Source: Promethearchaeota archaeon
Lineage (GTDB): Archaea > Asgardarchaeota > Lokiarchaeia > Sigyniarchaeales > SOKP01
NCBI GenBank assembly: GCA_004524535.1
Contig: SDNY01000035.1
Span: 1-31,491, forward strand
Length of the DNA: 31,491 nt
Reading direction: 5' to 3'
Position 1 is the stretch's first letter; every line of letters starts with the position of its first letter. The notes below the pieces were generated by a model. That model saw only the letters and a list, made by a program, of their open reading frames with translations, was not told where the DNA came from and did no database searches. The translations under genes were made by a program, and so were the position numbers. Shown piece by piece: positions 16,999-27,387 of the stretch.

Positions 16999-18480
16999 AT
17001 GAGTTCCAAATATGAAGACGTTATAATTGGATTAGAAGTTCATATTCAGCTTACAAATTTAAAGACAAAATTATTTTGTAGTTGCAACAATGATTACAGA
17101 GGTAAGGAGCCTAATACGCATGTTTGTCCTATTTGTCTTGGATTACCTGGTTCCCTTCCTGTCGTAAATAAGAATGCTGTCGAATTTGCTACGAGATTAG
17201 CATTGGCATTAGGTTGCGATATTAATAAGTCATTCTGGTTCTTTAGAAAGAATTATTTTTATCCTGACATGGCCAAGAACTTTCAAATATCACAATACAA
17301 TAAAGCTGGTGGACGAGCCTTTGCAGATGGGGGAAAAATAACAATAAAACTGAATAGCAAGAAAAAAGAGTTACAACTTAACAGAATCCATCTTGAGGAG
17401 GATCCTGCGCGTTTAGTCCATAAAGGAAGTATTGCGACCTCTCCATATGCTTTAGTGGATTATAACCGTTCAGGAGTTACCCTTATTGAAATTGTATCAG
17501 ATCCTGTTATGAACTCTCCTGAAGAAGCGAGAGAATATTTAAAACAACTAAAATCAATAGTACAATATACAGAGATCTCAGATCTAGATTTGGATGGTTC
17601 ATGTCGAGTAGACGCAAATATTTCAATAAAAGGGCATGCTCGTAGTGAAGTAAAAAATATAAATAGTTTTAAAGAAGTGGAGAGAGCATTAAAATGGGAA
17701 ATTCAAAGACAAAAAAACTTATTAAAAAGAGGGAAGGAATTAATTCAAGAAACTCGGCATTGGGACGATAAAAGAAGAGTTACAATTGGTCTCAGAACTA
17801 AAGAATTCGAGAAAGATTATCGTTATTTTCCCGAGCAAGACTTAGTTCCAATTGAAATTACTAAAGATTTTATTGATCAAGTTAAGAAAAAACTTCCTGA
17901 AATGCCAAATGCTAGAGCAAAACGCTTCCAGAAGGATTATCAATTATCAGAATTTGATTCTGAAATTCTTGTTTTAGATAAAGACATCGCAGATTTCTAT
18001 GAGAATGGAGTAAAATCTGAAAAGTCTTTTGGTCCAGATGAGTATAAACAATATTGTAATTGGCTAATGGGCGATATTTCTCGTTGGTTAAATGATAATA
18101 ATAATGTAATAAAAGAGACTAAATTAACACCTAAACAATTAGTGGATTTAATTAAATTAATAAATGAAGGCAAAATAACAGGGAAAATTGCCAAAACATT
18201 TGTAAATGAAATGATGAAAGGAACTCCAATTTTAGAGATTGTAAAAAAATCAGGAAAATCAAGAATAGCTGATAAAGATAAGATTATTAAGGTTGTTAAA
18301 GAGGTTTTAGAAGAAAATCCTGATATTGTAAATGACTATCAGAAAAATCCTAAAGCTTTAGAAGCATTAATTGGAAAATGTATGAAAAAAACTGATGGAA
18401 GATTAGATCCTGAGATTACCAAACGCCTTATGCAAAAACACATCACAGAAATTAGCGCTAAAAATTCTTCAGAAGATTAA
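16999..18480 (+). CDS. gatB: Asp/Glu-tRNA amidotransferase subunit B
   Basis: IGLEVHIQL, TKLFC, CPICLGLPGSLP, RKNYFYPD, RIHLEED, DYNRSG, EVKNINS, DYRYFPE. Confidence 0.96.
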   Translation: MSSKYEDVIIGLEVHIQLTNLKTKLFCSCNNDYRGKEPNTHVCPICLGLPGSLPVVNKNAVEFATRLALALGCDINKSFWFFRKNYFYPDMAKNFQISQYNKAGGRAFADGGKITIKLNSKKKELQLNRIHLEEDPARLVHKGSIATSPYALVDYNRSGVTLIEIVSDPVMNSPEEAREYLKQLKSIVQYTEISDLDLDGSCRVDANISIKGHARSEVKNINSFKEVERALKWEIQRQKNLLKRGKELIQETRHWDDKRRVTIGLRTKEFEKDYRYFPEQDLVPIEITKDFIDQVKKKLPEMPNARAKRFQKDYQLSEFDSEILVLDKDIADFYENGVKSEKSFGPDEYKQYCNWLMGDISRWLNDNNNVIKETKLTPKQLVDLIKLINEGKITGKIAKTFVNEMMKGTPILEIVKKSGKSRIADKDKIIKVVKEVLEENPDIVNDYQKNPKALEALIGKCMKKTDGRLDPEITKRLMQKHITEISAKNSSED

Positions 18481-18505
18481 TATAATAGAAAAAATAATTA
18501 TGAAA

Positions 18506-18571
18506 AAAGAATAATCTTTATGTCAAGGAGGCATTATCCCTATAGCCATTATGTTAGAAAGATTATTCTTT
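18506..18571. repeat. Perfect 14-bp inverted repeat with 38-nt spacer between convergent genes
   Basis: AAAGAATAATCTTT (18506-18519) and AAAGATTATTCTTT (18558-18571). Confidence 0.8.
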
Positions 18572-18711
18572 CATTATACAATTCTAATTTAAAATATTTA
18601 AAGTAAGAAATAAAAAAGTGTGATTGAACAGACAATATGAATTTTAAATATGTAAATAAATTACTAATTAAAAAAAGAGGAAAAAGAGAAATTTTACTTA
18701 TTTTTTTATTT

Positions 18712-19065
18712 TCAGAGAACTTTTCCTATGGCGCTAGATGCCGCTTGCAACTTTAAATTGATGATTCCAAGCTTTGCATCAGTAGTCGTTATAACCGTTA
18801 TGATATTACCTTCAATTTCGGAAAACAGTATTTTGCCTTTTTCACTTTCGATAATAGCATCTTTAAAAGTGCCTTGTTCTAATTCTTTAGTTGCTCGTTG
18901 AGAGGCTTTGAGGATCAAGGTTACCATTGCTGCAACAGCTTCTGGATCTACCCAGCCGGGTAAAGCGCTACCTTTAATTAGACCAAATTTTTCGATTAAA
19001 GCAGCACCATGGACACCTTTGATAGCTTTAAGCGAATCCAAAATTTCAGTTATTTTTTCACTCAT
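18712..19065 (-). CDS. Roadblock/LC7 (MglB-like) protein
   Basis: ILDSLKAIKGVHGAALIEKFGLI, AVAAMV, ASQRATKELEQG, IIESEKGKIL, AKLGII; ATG at 19065 preferred over TTG at 19074. Confidence 0.88.
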   Translation of the reverse strand: MSEKITEILDSLKAIKGVHGAALIEKFGLIKGSALPGWVDPEAVAAMVTLILKASQRATKELEQGTFKDAIIESEKGKILFSEIEGNIITVITTTDAKLGIINLKLQAASSAIGKVL

Positions 19066-19268
19066 TGAAATCAATTTATATTATATTTTGAGGAATAATA
19101 ATTCTATAATTATTAAGTAAGATTTAATAATATTTAAGTCTAAAAAGTTTCTAAATTTAACGATATTCCTTAGATATGTTAGACATAATAATAAATAATT
19201 TAATTATATTATTTATAATAATCTAAAAATAATAATTTAAAATTTAATTTGGAAGTGATATCACAGAA

Positions 19269-20045
19269 ATGGAGAAAGAAGTAAAGCAAGCAAAAGAGGT
19301 ATTCAAATCGGCATGGGATGCATTAGATGACTTCTTTGATGAAAAACGGTCAGATGAAGTAAAAGAAAAAATTAAAGGAGCAAGAAAAGATGAAGTATCA
19401 TTAGCAAAGTTCCATAAGGGATTGGTTGGCAAGACTAATCAAATTAATTTTAGGATATTAATAGGTAACAACAAGGAACCTGGTGATTGGATTTATGAAG
19501 CAGTGTATATGGACGATAAGAAAGAACCATATTTATATATGTTTGATGTGAATAAAGGAAGACCCATTAAGAACATCCTGACCAACTTCAAAGATCCTGA
19601 CTGGAATGGTTATAAGAAAGTTAAAAAATTCAAATCCTTAACTAAATTCCTTGAATATGCTTATAAAGAGGGCGTTTATTACAAAGGTAAAAAGGAGAAA
19701 AAGGAAGATGCTTTAAATGTTTTAATTAAAGGATTAAAGAGAGCTTTAGAAGCCGTTGGAGAGGATGTCAAAGATAAGAAAGGAGAAGATAGTCTTACAG
19801 CTCAAAAGATCGCGAAAGTCGTAGCTATTGCTGCAATCACAGTGATAGTATCAGCTGCATTAACACCTGCAGCGGGAGTTGTATTAGGAGAATTAGCAGG
19901 AGGAGGAGGTATTTCGGGGAATGTTATTGGTCAAGCTGGTCAAGCTGCCGTTGATGGATTACAACGTTTAGCCGATCCCACTAATATTGCTAAAAAGGTC
20001 GGTAAGAAGATAGTCACAAAAGGAAGAAAATTAGGTGGAGATTAA
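19269..20045 (+). CDS. Hypothetical protein with C-terminal hydrophobic Ala/Gly-rich segment
   Basis: 258-aa ORF; Lys-rich N-terminal part, then VVAIAAITVIVSAALTPAAGVVLGELAGGGG. Confidence 0.75.
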   Translation: MEKEVKQAKEVFKSAWDALDDFFDEKRSDEVKEKIKGARKDEVSLAKFHKGLVGKTNQINFRILIGNNKEPGDWIYEAVYMDDKKEPYLYMFDVNKGRPIKNILTNFKDPDWNGYKKVKKFKSLTKFLEYAYKEGVYYKGKKEKKEDALNVLIKGLKRALEAVGEDVKDKKGEDSLTAQKIAKVVAIAAITVIVSAALTPAAGVVLGELAGGGGISGNVIGQAGQAAVDGLQRLADPTNIAKKVGKKIVTKGRKLGGD

Positions 20046-20096
20046 ATTTTAAAGAGAATCTATCCTAAAAATAAAGAAAATAAAAAGAAAAAAAAA

Positions 20097-21050
20097 TTAC
20101 ATTTGTATCATACTACCTATTGCATCCATTAATGTCTCTTTACGAGGTGCTCCCTTCATTAATTCTTTCTTCACGCGTTCTGCTAGCTCTTGAGGAGTGA
20201 AAATTTTTCCATTATTACTAATACTATTGTAAGTATGCCACCCTTGAAATACCCAAACGCGATCGGCAACAACTCTGAATACTTCTCCATTTACTTTAGT
20301 CCCTTCATCAGACGCAAGAAAGACAACCATTGGTGCAACATTTACTGGATTAAAGACATCAAAGCCACTTCCATCTAATTTACTCATTACATCAGCCATT
20401 TTAGGAGTTGCATCAGTAGTTAAGCGTGTTCTAGCTACAGGAACAATACAGTTAACTGTTGTATACTTGCCTCTTTTCATTTCCATTGAGGCTATAACTG
20501 TAAAAGCAGCGATACCCGCTTTTGCTGCTCCATAGTTAGTTTGTCCCATATTTCCTAGCAAACCAGCATCTGATGCCGTATTGATAATTCTACCGGGAAA
20601 TTTCAGTTTTGGATCTGCCTTGCAGATTTCTCTAAAGTACGCACAAGCATGACGTGTTACATTGAATGTACCCTTTAAATGAACAGCCTGTACATCATCC
20701 CATTCTTTCTCAGTCATATTGATAAGCATGCGGTCTCGGAGGATTCCAGCATTATTTACAACTATATCTAATTTACCAAATTCGGAAACCGCTTGGTCAA
20801 TCATCCCTTTAGCTTTATTGAAATCGGAAACGGAATCGTAATTTGCGACCGCTTTAATCCCTAATTTTTTAACTTCATCCACGATTATATCTGCAATTTT
20901 AGCCTCCCCTCCAGATCCGTCAAAACCGCCACCTAAATCGTTGAGAACTAAATTACACCCTTCTTTAGCCATTGCTAAGGCTTCTTCACGCCCTAATCCT
21001 CGACCCGCGCCGGTAATTAAGGCTACCTTATCTTTTAGCATATCTGCCAT
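20097..21050 (-). CDS. Short-chain dehydrogenase/reductase (MFE-2/HSD17B4-like hydroxyacyl-CoA dehydrogenase type)
   Basis: TGAGRGLG, LNDLGG, NNAGILRD, VHLKG, GQTNYGAAKAG; ATG at 21050 preferred. Confidence 0.9.
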   Translation of the reverse strand: MADMLKDKVALITGAGRGLGREEALAMAKEGCNLVLNDLGGGFDGSGGEAKIADIIVDEVKKLGIKAVANYDSVSDFNKAKGMIDQAVSEFGKLDIVVNNAGILRDRMLINMTEKEWDDVQAVHLKGTFNVTRHACAYFREICKADPKLKFPGRIINTASDAGLLGNMGQTNYGAAKAGIAAFTVIASMEMKRGKYTTVNCIVPVARTRLTTDATPKMADVMSKLDGSGFDVFNPVNVAPMVVFLASDEGTKVNGEVFRVVADRVWVFQGWHTYNSISNNGKIFTPQELAERVKKELMKGAPRKETLMDAIGSMIQM

Positions 21051-21152
21051 AATTATCACATACTTATTTTACAATTTTAAATATTTTGAATTAAGTTCTA
21101 AATATAATTTAAAATATCTAAAAATATTAAAAATTTTGTAACGGGAATGTGT

Positions 21153-21566
21153 TTAGTTATTATCTTTTTTTAAGGGGAAATGTTTATTTATATCTTTAAA
21201 ATATATTAAATGACTCTTGCAATGACAGTCAGAACTCCCAAAATTTTCAACATATTCATCTGAAATCTCTACGAGTTCCTGGGCAATTTTACATTCGAGT
21301 TTAATCTTACAGGGAATTAAATAGACTTTAATAATAGAAACGCTATCATTTTCAAGTAAATAATCGATATGCCAATGGTTTTTTTTCTGGTGTGGGGATC
21401 TTAAATGTCTTTTCACTCTATTTAATAAAGTTGTGGAACCAGAGGTTCCCATAGCTGAACCTATGTAAAAATAAAATCCTCTTTTAAAATTTAGATTACC
21501 AAGTCTTCCAATTCTAATAGTTGAATTAAATTTTAAAAATATAACTAAAATGTAGCTTCCTTTCAA
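21153..21566 (-). CDS. DUF123 / GIY-YIG (Uri superfamily) nuclease-like protein
   Basis: KGSYIL, GFYFYIGSA, RVKRH, HWHIDYL, FGSSDCHCKSHL. Confidence 0.88.
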   Translation of the reverse strand: MKGSYILVIFLKFNSTIRIGRLGNLNFKRGFYFYIGSAMGTSGSTTLLNRVKRHLRSPHQKKNHWHIDYLLENDSVSIIKVYLIPCKIKLECKIAQELVEISDEYVENFGSSDCHCKSHLIYFKDINKHFPLKKDNN

Positions 21567-21586
21567 GAATTTAATCTGTGATCTTT

Positions 21587-22117
21587 TTATTCAGGAACAT
21601 ATCCATTTTCAAGTAAAAGTTTTACGGTGAGCTTGGCTATATTACCTACTATTTTTGAACAGTTATCAACCATCTGTGTTTTAAATGAATCGTTCATTTC
21701 GTTCATTGACCATAAATCCCATGTAATGCCCATAAGTCCCCTTTGAACATCCGAACATCGACAAGATTTAGATTCTCCCCCATATTCCCTAAGATATTGA
21801 TTGAGCAATTTTTTTACGAGTCCATAGCTTTTCATGGGTTTATATATTTCTTCGAAATCTTTATGCTCTCTTCCAAATAGATAACTTATCACCATTGAAG
21901 CCCCCAATAAAGCAGCACATGAACCTTCTCCAGTTAATCCCAATCCATTAGCCAAACCACTCGCTGCTTTGAAGACATCCTCATTCCAAATACCTAATGC
22001 CTCAAATATTGCAGCTACAACTGTTTGAGCACACCCAGTGCATTCTTTCTCATATTTCACGCCAAGTTCATAGGCTTTTTCCATCATCTGATCTTTTGAT
22101 TTTGGTTTTGGTTCCAT
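21587..22117 (-). CDS. C_GCAxxG_C_C family putative redox protein
   Basis: GCAQTV, GLANGLG, GSCAALLGA, CRCSDV, NCSKIV. Confidence 0.8.
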   Translation of the reverse strand: MEPKPKSKDQMMEKAYELGVKYEKECTGCAQTVVAAIFEALGIWNEDVFKAASGLANGLGLTGEGSCAALLGASMVISYLFGREHKDFEEIYKPMKSYGLVKKLLNQYLREYGGESKSCRCSDVQRGLMGITWDLWSMNEMNDSFKTQMVDNCSKIVGNIAKLTVKLLLENGYVPE

Positions 22118-22358
22118 TATTCAATCTGATTTAAATTATTCTATTATGACAAAAAATATATTATTGCTTTTAAGACATTCTAGTAAGATATAATTTTGAG
22201 TTATGATTTAACTCTAATAATCTGAGTTTGGGGCTTGTTTTTCCATGCTCTCTCCAATTATAAAGTAATAAATAAAACTGATATAAAATTAAATCCATTT
22301 AAATATTTCACAAAAACTTTTAATATAAGATTAAAAAAATCAAATCAGGTATGATGAG

Positions 22359-23504
22359 ATGAACGAATTATTTTTTTCAGAGAAGCATTACAAGTTAAAA
22401 AATGATCTCAGAGAATTCTTATCAGAGAAAATAGTTCCGATTAAGGATGAGATTGATAAAAAAAGAGAAGTTCCCTCTTGGGTCATTAAAGAAATAGGTA
22501 AAAGGGGTTTTATTGGCCCGTTAATTCCTAAAAAATATAATGGAACGGAATTAGGCACGGTAGCTCATTGCCTTATCACTGAAGAATTATCAAGAGTAAA
22601 TGTAGCCATTTCTGTTCCTCGAACACCGTGCATTTTAATGAGTTATTTAGTTACCCATTATGGGACTGAAGAGCAGAAGGAAAATTTTCTAAAGAAAATG
22701 GCAACGGGCGAAAAAATTTGTAGTATTTGTGTTACTGAAGAAGAAGCTGGTTCTAATGTAGCGGGAATAAAAACTAAAGCCGAAAAAAACGGGGATTCTT
22801 ATCTATTAAATGGTTCTAAAAGATTCATAACAAATGCAGGAGTAGCTGATTATTACTTTATTTGGGCAATAACTAGCCCGAATGTAAACCCAAGAAGTGG
22901 AATGAGTGTCTTCATGGTAGAAAAGGATACTCCAGGGTTTAGTACAGAAAATCCTTATGGATTGATGGGGATTCACGGCGTGCAGAATGGAATTCTTAAT
23001 ATGGAAGATGTGGAAGTGCCTAAAGAAAATTTAATTGGCGAAGAGAATAAAGGTTTTCAGAGTTTAATGGCAACGTTCAACGTAGAGAGAATAACACTAG
23101 GGTCAGAATCTAATGGAATTTCACTTTCTGCTTTAGAAGATTCTAAAAAATATGCCAAATCTCGAATACAATTTGATAAACCCATCTCACGTTTTCAATT
23201 AATACAAATAAAAATTGCTGAGATGGCAACCAAGTTAAGAGCTGCTCGCTTAATGTCTTATAGCACCTCAAAGTTACATGAATTAGGTAAAGATGTAACA
23301 AAAGAGGCATCAATGTCTAAAGCATTCGCAAGCAAAATGGCAGTAGAAATTGCCTCTGAAGCTGTTCAAATTCATGGAGGAGATGGATATACGGATATGT
23401 ATTCCGTTGAAAGATATATGAGAGATGCAAAATTCTTTCAAATTGGTGGCGGTACCAGTGAGATCCAAAATCTAGTTATTGCTAGAGAGGAGCTAAAAGA
23501 TTAA
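22359..23504 (+). CDS. Acyl-CoA dehydrogenase
   Basis: CVTEEEAGSNV, LNGSKRFITNA, RIQFDKPI, AVQIHGGDGY, RDAKFFQIGGGTSEIQ. Confidence 0.93.
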   Translation: MNELFFSEKHYKLKNDLREFLSEKIVPIKDEIDKKREVPSWVIKEIGKRGFIGPLIPKKYNGTELGTVAHCLITEELSRVNVAISVPRTPCILMSYLVTHYGTEEQKENFLKKMATGEKICSICVTEEEAGSNVAGIKTKAEKNGDSYLLNGSKRFITNAGVADYYFIWAITSPNVNPRSGMSVFMVEKDTPGFSTENPYGLMGIHGVQNGILNMEDVEVPKENLIGEENKGFQSLMATFNVERITLGSESNGISLSALEDSKKYAKSRIQFDKPISRFQLIQIKIAEMATKLRAARLMSYSTSKLHELGKDVTKEASMSKAFASKMAVEIASEAVQIHGGDGYTDMYSVERYMRDAKFFQIGGGTSEIQNLVIAREELKD

Positions 23505-23525
23505 TTAAAAATAAGAAAAAAAAGC

Positions 23526-24389
23526 TTAATAGTCATAAAATCCTTTCTTTGTTTTTCGCCCTAATAGATTTTTTTCCACCATTTCCTTTAAGAGAGGGCT
23601 TGGTTTATATTTTTCTCCGTATTCGCTTTCTAGGTATTCACCAATATGTAAATATATATCTGTGCCAACTAAATCGGAGAGTTCTAAGGGCCCCATTGGA
23701 AAGTTAAACGCTAATTTTACGGCTGTATCAATATCTTCAGTGCTAGCGATACCCGCCATCTTCATGTTAGCGGCTTCATTGCATAATACATAGATAAGCT
23801 TCGTGGTCACGAATCCGGGCGCATCATTTACCGTCACCACCGTCTTTCCCAGACTTTCAGAAAATTTTTTCGATGTTTCCAAAACTTCATCAGAAGTATT
23901 CTTCCCTTTTATTAATTCTATAAGCTTCATTACGGTTGCAGGGTTAAAGAAATGAATACCAACAATCCTTTCCTGGTTGTTACACTTGGAACCAATATCA
24001 GTTATACTTAATGAGGAAGTGTTAGATGCAAATATCGTTGAAGGGCTGCAAATTGACTCTATATCAGCAAATAATTGCTGTTTAATTGCCATATCCTCGA
24101 AGATAGCTTCAATAACTATATCCACGTCCTTTACTGCCTCATCTCTATTCGCATTCAAAGTAATTCTGTTTAAAATTGTTTCCGCTTCTTCTGCGGTCAT
24201 CTTGCCCTTTGCCACATAGAATCTTTCAAAAGTGAATTTCATCGAATCTTTTGCCTTTTGAAGAATCTCATCTTTAATATCTACTAGATTCACATTATAT
24301 CCATGGGTGGCACAAATTTGTGCAATTCCAGAGCCCATTGCACCCGCTCCTATAACACATACGTTTTTTATATCCATCTTTGGAATCAC
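23526..24389 (-). CDS. 3-hydroxyacyl-CoA (3-hydroxybutyryl-CoA) dehydrogenase
   Basis: VIGAGAMGSGIA, IEAIFED, ASNTSSL, GIHFFNP, PMGPLELSDLVG, LGRKT. Confidence 0.93.
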   Translation of the reverse strand: MIPKMDIKNVCVIGAGAMGSGIAQICATHGYNVNLVDIKDEILQKAKDSMKFTFERFYVAKGKMTAEEAETILNRITLNANRDEAVKDVDIVIEAIFEDMAIKQQLFADIESICSPSTIFASNTSSLSITDIGSKCNNQERIVGIHFFNPATVMKLIELIKGKNTSDEVLETSKKFSESLGKTVVTVNDAPGFVTTKLIYVLCNEAANMKMAGIASTEDIDTAVKLAFNFPMGPLELSDLVGTDIYLHIGEYLESEYGEKYKPSPLLKEMVEKNLLGRKTKKGFYDY

Positions 24390-25180
24390 TACTTCCTAAA
24401 TTGATTAAAATCAGCTTTTCGCTTCTCGACAAATGCGTTTTTACCTTCTACCGCTTCATCCGTTCCATAATATAACGACAATCCACTCACGCCTAATTGG
24501 GTGATTCCAGTAACTCCATCTGTCTCAGCTAAGAATGCATATTTAAGAAACTTTAATGCTTGTGGACTTTTTTCTAGTAGCTCTTGGCACCATTTATCTA
24601 CTTCTTCATCTAATTTCTCATAAGGTGCTATAGCATTCACAAGACCCCATTCTAATGCTTGTTGTGCTGTGTATCTGCGGCACAGAAACCAGATTTCCTT
24701 AGCACGCTTAACCCCAACTGCACGCATTAAATCCCCTGTTCCATACCCAGGATCAAAAGATCCTACACGAGGTCCTGCTTGTCCTAATTGGGCATGCTCT
24801 GCTGCGATACTAAAATCGCAATTTACATGCCATACATGACCTCCTCCAATTGCATAACCATTCACACGAGCAATTACAGGCTTTGGTAAAGTACGAATTA
24901 AAAAAGTTACACGTTGCCAACCTACTTCTAATGGCAACATATGCCCTCCCTTGTAACCACCTTTCTCACGGGTGGTTTGATCGCCACCAGTACAAAATGC
25001 CTTTTCTCCAGCACCAGTGAACACAACGACGCCGATCTCATTATCCATACATCGATTGAAAGCATCTATAAGTTCATGAACTGTCTGCTGTGTGCACGCA
25101 TTATAGCGCTGAGGGCGATTGATCGTTATCCGAGCTATTTTATCTTTTTTTTCATAAATTATATCTTCATAATCACTCAT
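24389..25180 (-). CDS. MenB/BadI-subfamily crotonase (naphthoate synthase or 2-ketocyclohexanecarboxyl-CoA hydrolase)
   Basis: INRPQRYNA, AFCTGGDQ, KPVIARVNGYAIGGGH, GPRVGSFDPGYG, EIWFLCRRY, LYYGTDEAVEG. Confidence 0.85.
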   Translation of the reverse strand: MSDYEDIIYEKKDKIARITINRPQRYNACTQQTVHELIDAFNRCMDNEIGVVVFTGAGEKAFCTGGDQTTREKGGYKGGHMLPLEVGWQRVTFLIRTLPKPVIARVNGYAIGGGHVWHVNCDFSIAAEHAQLGQAGPRVGSFDPGYGTGDLMRAVGVKRAKEIWFLCRRYTAQQALEWGLVNAIAPYEKLDEEVDKWCQELLEKSPQALKFLKYAFLAETDGVTGITQLGVSGLSLYYGTDEAVEGKNAFVEKRKADFNQFRK

Positions 25181-25290
25181 TTTTTTTCCAACTCCATAAA
25201 ATTAGAAATTTTTATGATTAATCATTTAAAATGATTTTAATATATTTATATAACTTTAAAATATATCATTTTAAAATCCCATTTATTGAA

Positions 25291-25827
25291 TTAAAAAACC
25301 ATTTTTTGCTTGATTTCATTAATCATTTTAGAACCATCCTCATTAACTTCTAATAAAATCTCTCGTAGGATATCATTTATTTCAATTCCTTTTAATTCGC
25401 ACGCAACAAATAATAAGGAAATTATTTCTTTAGACAGATTCCTAATCTTTTTTATATCATTTATAGGGATCCGAATCCCTAGTGACTTTAAATCTTGCTG
25501 AGTTTCCTTATCTTGTTGACGGATGGTTATCATTATATCATTTTGACGTCCCTTCCATTCTTCTGTTATAGCTCTGATAGATAAGACATAATTCTTTGTA
25601 GGACTTCCAATTCCATTAACATCTTTAGCAAAATTTAAAGGCTCTGAATTTCGAAGAGTCTTGAGTCCAAAGGTTCTATTCATTTTATTTGATTTATCTA
25701 ATTTAAATTTCATTTTAGATATCTCGTCTCTTAACTGTTCCATTTTTAAGGATAGTTTTTCAAATTTTTCGAGAACTATTTCCTTTATTTCACCTTCAGT
25801 TTCAAGAGGCTTCATTTTAAACTCCAA
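25291..25827 (-). CDS. Hypothetical protein with N-terminal coiled coil
   Basis: 178-aa ORF filling the gap between genes; heptad-like KFEKLSLKMEQLRDEISKMK. Confidence 0.7.
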   Translation of the reverse strand: MEFKMKPLETEGEIKEIVLEKFEKLSLKMEQLRDEISKMKFKLDKSNKMNRTFGLKTLRNSEPLNFAKDVNGIGSPTKNYVLSIRAITEEWKGRQNDIMITIRQQDKETQQDLKSLGIRIPINDIKKIRNLSKEIISLLFVACELKGIEINDILREILLEVNEDGSKMINEIKQKMVF

Positions 25828-25964
25828 AAGAAATCAAGTATGATACTTCTTGAATTAATGTTTAATAAATCTAATTATTAAATTGTTAATCTATTACTAT
25901 TTTTTGATTTGTAAAAAAATTAAAAAAAATAGTATTTATTAGATTTTTACTTTAAATCGGGAAT

Positions 25965-27212
25965 TTAATCATTGTTTGTATACTCGTTATCCACAGCACT
26001 ACTATCCTCATTTTCTTCATCCATAATTTCTTCTTCAATTTCGGATTTTTCGACCGCCCCTTCATAATTAGCAAGAACAACTTCATCTGGTTTGCTCTCA
26101 TTTTCTTCTCCCTTTCCAGATTTTTTTGCCGCTATTATCTCTTTCCTTTTTGCTTTCAGGTCTTCCTTTTCCTTACTGTATTGATGAATTCCATAGAAGC
26201 CATAAACAATGATTAGGAAGAAAAATATAGCTAAAATAGAGCAAACCGCAATAAGGTTGAAGAGAGGTCCTATTTCAGATGGATTTCCGAATCCGAACGC
26301 TTGAACTAAGCCAAACGTGCCCCAAGGAAAGTTTGAGCCAAATTCGAATGCAGCCTTAGAAAAAATAAGCCAGAGTAAAATTGTGTCGATGCTGAATATT
26401 TTTGTTCTTTTTGCTAAAATTTCTCCTTGTTTTCCTAATATTGCCCCGATTGAATATAAAAGAATAAAAAGATCTAAAAAAAGCAGAGCTATCACTTGAT
26501 AGAGAGGATTTTCTCCACCAGTACCTTCATATAGTCTAAGAAAGACTTTCAGTACTAAATAGAATGTATAAAACGTGATAAAAACAAAAAAAGTTCCGAG
26601 CCAACCATTCAGCCGTTTTTTAAGAAAAGATTCTATGTAGCAATATATTGTTAAAACAAGGAGGACTATGATGACAGCAATATACGCAATAACAATTAAA
26701 CCAGTTACATCAGCAAATGAAGCCACTTCTAATGTTGCAAATAGAAGCACAATAAGTAGAATTAGAGAAAATGCTAATCCTCCATGAAATTCTAAGCGCC
26801 TCCAAAACCATGCACCTTTTTTATAGTAAAGCTTCTCATCGCGATCCTTGCCTGCCTGATAACATCCGACGACTATGAAATAGCTCGTGAGAAATACATA
26901 TGAAAGGACTGCTACTATTAAGATTACAACTATTGCAAATAAGAGTATAATCATTAATATAATATCAATAGCTAATAAAAGGATTAACTTTTTCATTGAG
27001 AAATCTCTTATCTTTTTTCTAAATAAAGATATAAACCATAAGAACAACGTAAATGCCAATAAAGGATAATATATCATTATACCTACTATCGCCATTCCAA
27101 GGAATGTGAAGATTATCATACAAGCGTACGCCATTAGAAGCCAGACTACAAGAAAAAGAAAAACTTTATTCTTTTCTTCTCCTAACTTTTTAAGATTTTT
27201 AATAAATCCCAT
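25965..27212 (-). CDS. Polytopic membrane protein, paralog 1 (acidic C-terminal tail)
   Basis: Many hydrophobic segments; RLNGWLGTFF and DTILLWLIFSKAAFE shared with paralogs 2 and 3. Confidence 0.85.
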   Translation of the reverse strand: MGFIKNLKKLGEEKNKVFLFLVVWLLMAYACMIIFTFLGMAIVGIMIYYPLLAFTLFLWFISLFRKKIRDFSMKKLILLLAIDIILMIILLFAIVVILIVAVLSYVFLTSYFIVVGCYQAGKDRDEKLYYKKGAWFWRRLEFHGGLAFSLILLIVLLFATLEVASFADVTGLIVIAYIAVIIVLLVLTIYCYIESFLKKRLNGWLGTFFVFITFYTFYLVLKVFLRLYEGTGGENPLYQVIALLFLDLFILLYSIGAILGKQGEILAKRTKIFSIDTILLWLIFSKAAFEFGSNFPWGTFGLVQAFGFGNPSEIGPLFNLIAVCSILAIFFFLIIVYGFYGIHQYSKEKEDLKAKRKEIIAAKKSGKGEENESKPDEVVLANYEGAVEKSEIEEEIMDEENEDSSAVDNEYTNND

Positions 27213-27387
27213 AAATTATATAGTCAAATTAACTGTTTATAAATATTTCTCTTAAAAGATAGGATGCTCTCAACTCTTTGCTGAGTTTCAAAATTTAAAG
27301 CCAAATTATTGCCAAAATTTTTAAGTATTCACATAGACTATAATGAATATGTATAATAGGTGTATAGTAAGAAAAAAGTGAAATTTA

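Noticed and set aside
22216-22260. Minus-strand SD-like GGAGAG followed by a mini-ORF MEKQAPNSDY upstream of the C_GCAxxG_C_C gene
   Set aside because: Only 10 codons with no further support; could be chance or an unrecognisable relic.
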